Assembly (NCBI GenBank): GCA_012512805.1
Contig: JAAZDN010000075.1
Coordinates: forward strand, 1-56,441
Direction: 5' to 3'
DNA: 56,441 bases
Source: Erysipelothrix sp.
GTDB taxonomy: Bacteria > Bacillota_I > Bacilli_A > Erysipelotrichales > Erysipelotrichaceae
Made by a program: the position numbers and the translations under genes. The notes beneath the pieces were generated by a model. The model did no database searches. It saw only the letters and a program-made list of their open reading frames with translations, and was not told the origin of the DNA. Position 1 is the first letter of the stretch. Each line of letters begins with the position of its first letter. This document shows positions 48,788 through 56,441 of this stretch, one piece after another.

Positions 48788-48930
48788 AAGCATTCTTTGA
48801 AGAATATGGACTTGTATTAATTGTAATTGTCTTAGCGACTGCAATGTTAAGTTTCTCTACTGATTTCGGGAAAACGATGCAAGGATCATTAAATGACATG
48901 TGGGACAGCATGACTGAAGGTGATGTCTAG
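48784..48930 (+). CDS. Flp-family-like pilin (48 aa)
   Basis: Not in the ORF track. It has an ATGA overlap with tadC. The translation is MKAFFEEYGLVLIVIVLATAMLSFSTDFGKTMQGSLNDMWDSMTEGDV. An EY plus hydrophobic helix resembles the Flp motif (xxxxEYGLI). Confidence 0.6.
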   Translation: MKAFFEEYGLVLIVIVLATAMLSFSTDFGKTMQGSLNDMWDSMTEGDV

Positions 48931-49259
48931 TGAAAGGCGCCTATGAGTATTTTGTCTTAGTTTTCTTAGGTATGACCTTTGTGTTAATGGGGTTTTCAAT
49001 GGTTGAAGTTATGTTAGATTACAATCAAGCTCGACTGTATCAGGAAACAATTGTTTCACTCATTGAACGACATCATCGCTTTGACGAAGATATCGCAAAC
49101 CTCATTAAAGAGCGACAGAAAATATGTAATAAATGTCAATATCAAGTCATAAAAAATGCTGAACATTACGAAGTGAGTGTACTGTTTAAACTTGACATTA
49201 AAATCTTAGCTTACAAGAAAAATGCCTTGATAAAGACTTATACCCAAAGAATATTGTAG
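48930..49259 (+). CDS. Candidate minor pilin (TadE-like N terminus)
   Basis: 109 aa, starting MKGAYEYFVLVFLGMTFVLMGFSMVEVML. The GTG start overlaps the pilin stop by 1 nt. Confidence 0.45.
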   Translation: MKGAYEYFVLVFLGMTFVLMGFSMVEVMLDYNQARLYQETIVSLIERHHRFDEDIANLIKERQKICNKCQYQVIKNAEHYEVSVLFKLDIKILAYKKNALIKTYTQRIL

Positions 49260-49274
49260 CTTTGGGTATTTTTT
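49242..49274 (+). terminator. Intrinsic terminator closing the Tad-like operon
   Basis: ACCCAAAG-loop-CTTTGGGT followed by a T-run. The stop codon of the last gene lies in the loop. Confidence 0.75.
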
Positions 49275-49320
49275 ATTGAAGTTAGCGTAAAAAAAGATTA
49301 GAATACGTATAGGTGATATT

Positions 49321-50067
49321 ATGTTAATTACAGTAGATATAGGCAATACCGATATCGTAACCGTTTTATTTGATGAAAACAAGCACATTGTAAAACAAGA
49401 TCGTATTAATTTAAAAAGTGTTTTAGTGAATAGTAATTTAGATTATTTTGATAATCTTTTTGTTGAATGGAATTTAAAAAACATTAACTACATCGTTGCG
49501 TGTGTTGTTCCTGATATTCTCAAAAGTGTTGAAGATAAATTTTTAGAATTGAGTAATGCACGTGGAATCATTCTTGAATCTCACATGTTACCTAATTTTA
49601 CGAACGATAAGTCTGAGGTTGGAACCGATTTAATTGCGGTAAGTTTCCCATTTCGAAAAGAAGCAATTCCAACTGTTGTAGTAGATATGGGAAGTGCCAG
49701 TAAAATAATTCTAGTTTTAGATGGACAACTAAAAAGTGTCGCTATTATGTTAGGTGTTCAAAATACAATGCTCGCATTAGCGAGTCGGATCAAACATCTT
49801 CCTGAAGTTAAGTTAGAATTTCCTGATGAACTTTTAGGAGAAACAACGGTTACAGCAATTCAGGCTGGACTCATGTATTCGCAAGCTTATGGTATCAGAG
49901 GTTATGTAGATGAGATTGAACAATCACTAAAACAGCCTATTAAGCGAATTCTAACCGGAGGAATTGGTGCGATATTCAAGGATAAACTAACAGAATTTAC
50001 GTATGAGCCAACCTTATTAAATGATGGTTTATATGCTATTTATCAAGAGGTCATTCAAAATGATTAA
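49321..50067 (+). CDS. coaX: Type III pantothenate kinase
   Basis: 248 aa with the MLITVDIGNTDIV phosphate-1 motif and DMGSA. Confidence 0.85.
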   Translation: MLITVDIGNTDIVTVLFDENKHIVKQDRINLKSVLVNSNLDYFDNLFVEWNLKNINYIVACVVPDILKSVEDKFLELSNARGIILESHMLPNFTNDKSEVGTDLIAVSFPFRKEAIPTVVVDMGSASKIILVLDGQLKSVAIMLGVQNTMLALASRIKHLPEVKLEFPDELLGETTVTAIQAGLMYSQAYGIRGYVDEIEQSLKQPIKRILTGGIGAIFKDKLTEFTYEPTLLNDGLYAIYQEVIQND

Positions 50068-50680
50068 TATCGGTATATCCATCGTAACAACAATAATGTC
50101 TCTATTATGTTTAATCATGATCATAAGAATTAAGTTGAACACAAAAGGGAGTATGTTATTTCAACAGTTTAGCCTCGTTATTTTAAGTGGGATCTTATTA
50201 ATAATTAACAGTGTTGTTTCATTATATGTTCAACATCAATATTTTGAACTGCTTAATACCTTGAGTTTTATACTTTTAAATTGGTTTTTAATCAAAGCAT
50301 GGGCTACAACCTATAATCAAATTAGAAAGCAAAAGGTTACATTATTTTTAAAGGTTTTATTAATGTTTGAATGTATTGTTGCACTATTAAATATTTTTGA
50401 TTTAAATATGGAAGTAATTGTTAATGTGAGTACATATAATATATTGAATACAATGGTCTTATTTTTTATCATGATACTTTTCATTCGTTATCAAACAATA
50501 AAGAGTAGTATTAACTCACGTTCTGTTATTATTACATTAGTCGGTTTTATGATGGCTTTAATGGGTGTGAATGGCTTATTGTATCCGTATCATCTTATAT
50601 TTTTAACACTATTTAGCATCTTATTGTTTATCTTTAGTTTGAATATTTGGGATGATGTTAAACAATCATCGTATTATTAA
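50060..50680 (+). CDS. Hypothetical polytopic membrane protein
   Basis: 206 aa from ATG 50060 (overlaps the coaX stop), with about six or seven hydrophobic helices. No catalytic motif recognised. Confidence 0.45.
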   Translation: MINIGISIVTTIMSLLCLIMIIRIKLNTKGSMLFQQFSLVILSGILLIINSVVSLYVQHQYFELLNTLSFILLNWFLIKAWATTYNQIRKQKVTLFLKVLLMFECIVALLNIFDLNMEVIVNVSTYNILNTMVLFFIMILFIRYQTIKSSINSRSVIITLVGFMMALMGVNGLLYPYHLIFLTLFSILLFIFSLNIWDDVKQSSYY

Positions 50681-50715
50681 ATTGCATTTTTCAATAATTA
50701 GCGTATAATGTATTT

Positions 50716-50845
50716 ATTCATATCAAGAATGAGGGAGAGAGTTAGCTCATAGAACTCATACCAACCTGCAATGCAAGGTGGTAATGCTAACGTCGATAGT
50801 TATATTTCGTCAACATCTCTTTCTTGGGGTGTTTTTTAATGAAAG
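50716..50845 (+). promoter_or_regulatory. SAM (S-box / SAM-I-like) riboswitch candidate upstream of metK
   Basis: The promoter TTGCAT-16-TATAAT (50682-50709) precedes ATCAAGAATGAGGGAG...CCAACC-TGCAATGCA-AGGTGGTAATGC...GATAG. This echoes the SAM-I conserved blocks AUCAAGAG..GAGGGA, GCAACC..GGUGCUAA and GAUGAG. A downstream CTCTTTCTT is complementary to the metK SD GAAAGAAGGG. Confidence 0.6.
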
Positions 50846-50855
50846 AAGGGTTAAA

Positions 50856-51956
50856 ATGAGTTATTTATTTACAAGTGAGTCCATTACGCCAGGTCATCCA
50901 GATAAATTGTGTGATCAAATAGCGGATACAATATTAGATGAAGCTTTACGACAAGATAAGTACAGTAAGGTCGCGATTGAGTGTTCAATCAAAGATGAAT
51001 TGATTATGATTTTTGGAGAGATTACATCAGAAGCAACAATTGACTATGCAGCGATTGCAAAAGATGTTGTGAAATCAGTAGGGTACACTGAAGAGTATGA
51101 AGTAATTACTAAAATATCAGCACAATCTTCAGAAATTAATACTGCTGTTGTGAAGTCAAATGAAATTGCAGCAGGAGATCAAGGGTTAATGTTTGGTTAT
51201 GCTGTAAATGAAACAGAAAACTATATGCCTCTTTCTATCGAACTTGCGCATAATCTTTCACGTCAATTAACAAAGGTATTTCAAGAGCAATCAGAAAATA
51301 TTCTAAAGCCTGATGGTAAAACACAGGTTACGGTTGAATATAAAGATAATGAAATACACCGTATTGATACAATAGTATTATCAACACAACATTATGCTGA
51401 GATTACACAAGAATTTTTAAGAGACTATATATTAGAACATGTTATTCTTCCAATTGTAGATTCATCATTAATAGATGATCAAACAAAAATAATTATTAAT
51501 CCAAGTGGTTCCTTTATTGTTGGAGGATCATTCGGTGATAGTGGGACGACGGGTCGTAAGATAGTTGTAGATACATACGGAGGACATGGACGAATTGGTG
51601 GAGGCGCTTTAAGTACGAAAGATCCATCAAAAGTTGATCGTAGTGCAGCATATTATGCACGTTATGTCGCTAAGAATATTGTTGCGAATAAACTTGCTGA
51701 TCGCTGTGAAATTCAAGTTGCGTATGCAATAGGACTTGTTGATCCTGTATCAGTGTATATTGAAACATATGGTACTCATAAAATTCCCGTTCATGAAATT
51801 TTGGAAATCGTTAACAATAATTTTGATTTCTCAGTAAATAACATTATTACTGAACTTGATTTACTCCGTCCAATCTATGCTGATACGGCTAATTTTGGTC
51901 ACTTTGGACGTGCTGATATTAAATTCCCATGGGAAAATGTAAAAGACTTAAAATAA
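50856..51956 (+). CDS. metK: S-adenosylmethionine synthetase
   Basis: MSYLFTSESITPGHPDKLCDQIAD, GDQGLMFGYA, GGGALSTKDPSKVDRSAAY. The start is set at ATG 50856; the track start at 50778 runs through the riboswitch. Confidence 0.95.
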   Translation: MSYLFTSESITPGHPDKLCDQIADTILDEALRQDKYSKVAIECSIKDELIMIFGEITSEATIDYAAIAKDVVKSVGYTEEYEVITKISAQSSEINTAVVKSNEIAAGDQGLMFGYAVNETENYMPLSIELAHNLSRQLTKVFQEQSENILKPDGKTQVTVEYKDNEIHRIDTIVLSTQHYAEITQEFLRDYILEHVILPIVDSSLIDDQTKIIINPSGSFIVGGSFGDSGTTGRKIVVDTYGGHGRIGGGALSTKDPSKVDRSAAYYARYVAKNIVANKLADRCEIQVAYAIGLVDPVSVYIETYGTHKIPVHEILEIVNNNFDFSVNNIITELDLLRPIYADTANFGHFGRADIKFPWENVKDLK

Positions 51957-52077
51957 ATAATTATTGTGTGCATGTTTCAACCATGTGTGCTATAATATAA
52001 AAGAATAAGTCTTATACGGTATGTTAGGTTAAATAACGCTTCTATATACTACTTATTTAGAAATGGAGGTAGTAATT

Positions 52078-52281
52078 ATGGAAACTGGTACTGTTAAATT
52101 TTTTGACAACGCAAAAGGATTTGGTTTTATTACAATTGATGGAACTGAAAAAGATGTATTTGTTCACTTCACAGCAATCGCTGCTGACGGATACAAATCA
52201 TTAAACGATGGAGATCGCGTTGAGTTTGAACTAGTAACTGGAGATCGTGGCGAACAAGCAGCGAACGTCTCAGTTATCTAA
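52078..52281 (+). CDS. cspA: Cold-shock protein (CspA family)
   Basis: 67 aa, [18 protein letters not shown]...VFVHF (RNP1/RNP2). SD GGAGG is present. The terminator GAGAAGG-GTAA-CCTTCTC plus T-run lies at 52308-52331. Confidence 0.92.
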   Translation: METGTVKFFDNAKGFGFITIDGTEKDVFVHFTAIAADGYKSLNDGDRVEFELVTGDRGEQAANVSVI

Positions 52282-52375
52282 TTAGACAACTAAAACAGAA
52301 AAGAAGGGAGAAGGGTAACCTTCTCTTTTTTAATTGTTTAATGGTTTAAAAAAAGGAAGTTTTCACTTCCTTAGC

Positions 52376-53209
52376 TTATTTCAATTTTTTGTAAACACCA
52401 AATGCAATCGTTTGTGGACCAGTATGCGTTAGAATTAATGGATACAATTGTTTAACAACAATATTTATTCCTTTTTCTTTAAACCATTCAGCATAGTGTT
52501 CTGCCTCATCTTCAAGATCAGAGTGTAATAAGTACCAAACGTAATCATCTGAATTTGGATATTTTTCAACAAGTTGTTCAGCAGCCTTTAAAACAGCCTT
52601 CTTACGTGTTCTTACCTTATCATGGGCATCGATAACACCGTTATCAAGACTGAGTATCGGATTAATCTTTAATAGATTAGCTAGAGCTGCAGCCTGTGAT
52701 GAAATACGTCCACCTTTTTTAAGGTGATTAATATCAAAGGGAACAATGTGAGCATACATCTTTTCATTTAATTCGACAATTTCTTTAATTTCAGCTATTG
52801 ATTTTCCTTCATTTACAAAGTTAACAACTGCTTCATAAATAACATAGAGTGGATAAGCAACCGCATCAGTATCTAAAACGGTAACACGACCATTGTATTC
52901 TTGTGACAAAGCATAGGCACTTGAATATGAACCACTAAGGCTCTTAGATAAGGTTATATAAATAATTTCATCATGTGTTTTTAAAGCTTCATCCCACATT
53001 TGCATTAACAATCCGATGGATGCTTGTGACGTTGACATATCGCGACCTTCATTTAAAAAGGTCTTATATTTATCTAATGATAATTCCTCTTCATCAATAT
53101 ATTCTTTACCGTCAACAGTAATTGTAAAACGGGCAACGGTTAAATTTTCTTTAACTTCTAACTCTTTCGGAATATCTGCCGAAGAATCTAACATAACTTT
53201 AATTTTCAT
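52376..53209 (-). CDS. DegV-family fatty-acid-binding protein
   Basis: 277 aa from MKIKVMLDSSADIP. It has the typical DegV N terminus and GPQTIAFG near the C terminus. A minus-strand terminator GGAAGT/ACTTCC lies at 52348-52371. Confidence 0.85.
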   Translation of the reverse strand: MKIKVMLDSSADIPKELEVKENLTVARFTITVDGKEYIDEEELSLDKYKTFLNEGRDMSTSQASIGLLMQMWDEALKTHDEIIYITLSKSLSGSYSSAYALSQEYNGRVTVLDTDAVAYPLYVIYEAVVNFVNEGKSIAEIKEIVELNEKMYAHIVPFDINHLKKGGRISSQAAALANLLKINPILSLDNGVIDAHDKVRTRKKAVLKAAEQLVEKYPNSDDYVWYLLHSDLEDEAEHYAEWFKEKGINIVVKQLYPLILTHTGPQTIAFGVYKKLK

Positions 53210-53478
53210 AATTCTCTCCAATCTAAGTTAATTATAACAAATTAATTAAAATTAACACTAATTTCGAGTGTATTCACAAAACGTTCACTTAACGATTATT
53301 AAATTAATGTTTATTTTATTTGATAATTTCAAACTTAAAAGATGTTGATTAATAGAAATGAAAGAAGTGCTTGTCTTATTTTTGTCGTAAAAGTAAAATT
53401 AGAGAAGAAAAGTACTTTTATAGTTTACTTTTATATTCAAATAGTGTAATATACTTAGAGTACCGATTAGGTATTAAT

Positions 53479-53555
53479 GGCGGTCGTGGTGAAGCGGTCA
53501 ACACACCGGATTGTGGCTCCGGCACTCGCGGGTTCAAATCCCGTCGGTCGCCCCA
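53479..53555 (+). tRNA. tRNA-His (anticodon GTG) with genome-encoded G-1 and CCA
   Basis: Hand fold: G-1, acceptor GCGGTCG/CGGTCGC, anticodon stem CCGGA/TCCGG with loop TTGTGGC, T arm GCGGG-TTCAAAT-CCCGT, then discriminator C and CCA. The hairpin AGAGAGA/TCTCTCT plus T-run follows (53569-53608). Confidence 0.9.
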
Positions 53556-53833
53556 TTAAAAAAATAACAGAGAGATGACTATTTACAAATGGTTTTCTCT
53601 CTTTTTTATTGTACTGATCATAAGAGTACTAAGGTGATCAATCATCATTTAATACAAATTAATGCGTCGATATGAGTGGTACATATTTACATAAATCTTA
53701 GGATAAAACACAATATTTCGCAATTTTTAGATTATAATTATGAAGATACATTTATAATGTATACATAACACTATAATAGATAGTCTTAAAATTTAGGGAA
53801 TATGCTAAAATATATAAGTTATCGGAGGTAAGA

Positions 53834-54511
53834 ATGAATATAAAAAGAAAACAAAAAATCTTTTTGCCAAATGTTATTTTACTGATCACAGGTTTGATTG
53901 TAATTACATTTAGTGTAATTGGAATCTTATTATTGAGCTTTGAAAAAACACAGGCACCAACAGTCTTGAATTCACAGTCAAATGAGTTCTATGTGATTGG
54001 TAAAGATCCAACAGCAATTCAAAAAGAAAAATTTACTGAATTAACGAAGCAATTAAATGAAAAAGAAGTTAACTATGTGACGGTTTCTGATCTTGTTGCC
54101 CAATCATTTGTTATTGACTTTTTTAACTGGTCAAATAAAGATGCAGCATATGATGTTGGTGGACTTCAGTACATGTTTGATCCAAGTACTTTTAATAAGG
54201 TGGCACATTTTGATTATTATCAAAAGGTTGATGTTTTTAAAGAAGCATATGGAAGTGCAAACTTACCAACTGTTAAAAGTGTCGTAAGTAAAACAGACAG
54301 TGCGGATGATTATGAAATAGAAGGTCAAATGTATAAGGCATATAGTTCAACTGTGAAGTGGGACTATGCAGCTGCAAATGGGATAGATATTTCAAAATTT
54401 GTATCAGAATGTGAATTATTAATGATCAACGTCGATGGAAAAATTGTTATTGTTGAAGTATCAATGATGGATAATCAAAGTGTAAATAATGGAGCGAAAC
54501 AATATGAATAG
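53834..54511 (+). CDS. Membrane-anchored extracytoplasmic protein (hypothetical)
   Basis: 225 aa with an N-terminal TM helix followed by a soluble domain. It is translationally coupled (8-nt overlap) to the downstream LCP gene. Confidence 0.45.
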   Translation: MNIKRKQKIFLPNVILLITGLIVITFSVIGILLLSFEKTQAPTVLNSQSNEFYVIGKDPTAIQKEKFTELTKQLNEKEVNYVTVSDLVAQSFVIDFFNWSNKDAAYDVGGLQYMFDPSTFNKVAHFDYYQKVDVFKEAYGSANLPTVKSVVSKTDSADDYEIEGQMYKAYSSTVKWDYAAANGIDISKFVSECELLMINVDGKIVIVEVSMMDNQSVNNGAKQYE

Positions 54512-56441
54512 AAATCAAAAACAATTTGCTTGGATAAGTACATTACTTACTATTTTTCCAATTATTTTACTTGGGCTCATAATTATTGGAGTTTCACGTT
54601 ACAGTTCGATTTCTAAAAAGATCTTTATTGCCATTTATATTGTTTACCTTATTGTCTCATTAGCACTACTTGTAATGACAATTCGTGTTAATGCTTCACA
54701 ATCAAAACGGATTAGATCGGCATTCTTAGGAGCTGTTTTAGTTTTTACAGCGTTAACAGGCTATGGCTTTTATATCGTTAACGTTGTAAATAGTAATGTT
54801 GATCAAATTGTTCGACAAGGTAAGTATCAGACGTATGAGGCAGCTTTTGTCGTTAAGAAGGGCTCGTATACTCATGTTGATGAATTAAAAGATAAAAAAA
54901 TTGGTATTATCGAAAGTGAAAATTTCATCGAAGGACATATTATGCCGATTGATGAGAATGAACAACTAAAATATGAAAATAATGAAGTTAAAACGTATCT
55001 TTCATATTCACGTTTAATGAATGCACTTGCAAATGAAGAGGTTGATTATATTTCATTACCAGCCAATTATTCTACACTTTATGCAAATGATGAACAACTC
55101 TCTGAATTAGTTGAAAATTTTGAAACAATACATAGCTTTACTCGTGAATACGAATTAAAGACAAATGTAACAAATGTTGATATAAATGTTTCACAAGAAC
55201 CATTTACAATGCTCATTATGGGAAATGATGGTGGCCGAACAGATTCACTCATGCTAGCAACTGTAAATCCTAGAAATATGCAAATCACACTAACAAGTAT
55301 TGCTCGTGATAGTTATGTACCAATAGCGTGTTATCCAAATCAAAGCTATGATAAGATTAACCATGCTCGTACTATCAGCCGTGATTGTACACTTAAAACG
55401 GTTGAAAATTTAATGGACATTTCAATTGACTTTTATGTTGAAGTTAGCTTCCAAGGATTACTCGATATTGTAGATGCTTTAGGAACGATCCCAATTGATT
55501 CTCCAGCTACCTTCCATGGTAATATTGTCCGTAAGGGTGTTGTTGGTGGGGTTACTGTTCATAAGGGTTTACATGATCTCAATGCGGATCAAGTCTTAGC
55601 CTTTGTCCGTGAGCGTAGTAGTTTTGTCGGGGGAGACTTCCAACGTCAAATAAATCAACAACAGGCAATATCTTCGCTCATCAGTTCAATTGCGGAAACA
55701 CGTGATATTAATGTCCTTTTAAACATCATTAAAGCAACAAGTAATAATGTTGAGACAAACATGTCAGTCTCACAGTTAACAAGTTTAATGAATTTAGCGA
55801 TCAATCGTATGGAAAGTACGTATCTTGGTGCGAAAGATATTATGACAATATATGGTAGTCGAATTACGGGTCAATCCACAATGCACTATTCACCAGATTT
55901 TGATTTTGATCTGTATTATTATGTTCCTTACAAAGGATCAATCGCAGATAATAAAAAATTAATCAGTATGAACATGCGTGAAGATGGACTCTTAGAAATT
56001 CCTAAGGCCTTTAGTTACAGCGCAAAAGAAGAGTACAGTGCACCTGTGTTCACCAGTGATTTTTATTATGAAGCGATTGACACAAGCATCTTTGGAGATG
56101 CGAAACGTCCTGAAACATCTGATGAAGAGAAGGAAGTAACATTAATTGAATTAAAAGGGAAGACAATAGAAGAGGCTGGTGCTTACTTAGAAGAGCATGG
56201 ATTCACATATACAGTTGTAGCTGAAGATATTGTCATTACGGATAAGGACTATCTTGACGGTGTTGTCATTGTAGATAGTGTGACAGAAGGCATCGTAATG
56301 GATGAAGAAAACTCACATATTAATCTAAAGGTCATTAAATATAAATATGAAGGTCAAACTGTAAATCCAGATCCAGAAGTCGATCCTGAAAATCCTGAAG
56401 TTCCTGAAAATCCTGAAGTTCCAGAAACACCGGAAAATCCA
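54504..56441 (+). CDS. LytR-CpsA-Psr (LCP) family cell-wall glycopolymer transferase with N-terminal TM region, PASTA-like module and Pro/Glu repeat; 3' end cut by window
   Basis: ATG 54504, with the frame open to the window end. The LCP core shows LIMGNDGGRTDSLMLATVNPRN, DKINHA and RERSSFVGGDFQRQINQQ. It is not in the ORF track because no stop lies in the window. Confidence 0.8.
   Translation, partial: MNRNQKQFAWISTLLTIFPIILLGLIIIGVSRYSSISKKIFIAIYIVYLIVSLALLVMTIRVNASQSKRIRSAFLGAVLVFTALTGYGFYIVNVVNSNVDQIVRQGKYQTYEAAFVVKKGSYTHVDELKDKKIGIIESENFIEGHIMPIDENEQLKYENNEVKTYLSYSRLMNALANEEVDYISLPANYSTLYANDEQLSELVENFETIHSFTREYELKTNVTNVDINVSQEPFTMLIMGNDGGRTDSLMLATVNPRNMQITLTSIARDSYVPIACYPNQSYDKINHARTISRDCTLKTVENLMDISIDFYVEVSFQGLLDIVDALGTIPIDSPATFHGNIVRKGVVGGVTVHKGLHDLNADQVLAFVRERSSFVGGDFQRQINQQQAISSLISSIAETRDINVLLNIIKATSNNVETNMSVSQLTSLMNLAINRMESTYLGAKDIMTIYGSRITGQSTMHYSPDFDFDLYYYVPYKGSIADNKKLISMNMREDGLLEIPKAFSYSAKEEYSAPVFTSDFYYEAIDTSIFGDAKRPETSDEEKEVTLIELKGKTIEEAGAYLEEHGFTYTVVAEDIVITDKDYLDGVVIVDSVTEGIVMDEENSHINLKVIKYKYEGQTVNPDPEVDPENPEVPENPEVPETPENP
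56367..56441 (+). repeat. Tandem Pro-Glu-rich coding repeat (PENPEV units) at the C-terminal part of the LCP protein
   Basis: CCTGAAAATCCTGAAGTT is repeated with variants. It translates to PDPEVDPENPEVPENPEVPETPENP and continues beyond the window. Confidence 0.8.

Noticed and set aside
50778-50855. N-terminal extensions in track ORFs: metK from 50778, sepF from 37740, rluB from 9383, topA from 32811, cspA from 52063 and degV to 53221.
   Set aside because: Downstream ATG codons with proper SD spacing give N termini matching the family consensus. The extensions run through leaders, riboswitches or the preceding gene.
53371-53559. 62-aa ORF overlapping the tRNA-His gene.
   Set aside because: Its 3' half is the tRNA sequence itself, and it has no SD. 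The tRNA cloverleaf explains the conservation-like structure.

Overview
This is a low-GC chromosomal segment from a monoderm, Firmicutes-type bacterium. It uses the standard code 11: TGA and TAA both act as stops. Synteny resembles Bacilli or Erysipelotrichia, but the taxon cannot be fixed from the sequence alone. About 60 genes are present, mostly on the + strand and mostly housekeeping. They include pncB, an M16 peptidase pair, thyA-folA, pdp, scpA-scpB-rluB, murE, deoC, rpsU, phoH, lepA-hemW and a mini-ferredoxin. They continue with L20-leader-infC-rpmI-rplT, rnfCDGEAB, alr, dprA-topA-xerC, sepF-divIVA, T-box-ileS, a TrmH-family methyltransferase and an ABC exporter. The last stretch holds coaX, S-box-metK, cspA, degV, tRNA-His and a partial LCP-family enzyme. 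No CRISPR array, transposase or prophage is visible. Five things stand out. (1) A compact, translationally coupled seven-gene Tad/Flp-like pilus operon (45158-49259) has no TadZ, no prepilin peptidase and an almost leaderless Flp-like pilin. (2) The Rnf operon is atypical. RnfD and RnfG each carry an extra, mutually paralogous FMN-binding module with a flavinylation-type motif. A 47-aa Cys-rich membrane micro-ORF sits between rnfA and rnfB, and RnfB is cut down to 103 aa with no ferredoxin domains. (3) Ribosomal protein L20 is fused to a roughly 105-aa C-terminal extension. (4) Three conserved genes are disrupted: a surface 5'-nucleotidase has two frameshifts, and a CBS-DHH pyrophosphatase and a DEDDh exonuclease each have one in-frame TAA directly after a Tyr codon. 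(5) Three cis-regulatory RNAs are recognisable: an L20 leader, an Ile T-box and an S-box-like element. All functional calls come from reading translated motifs. No database search was run.
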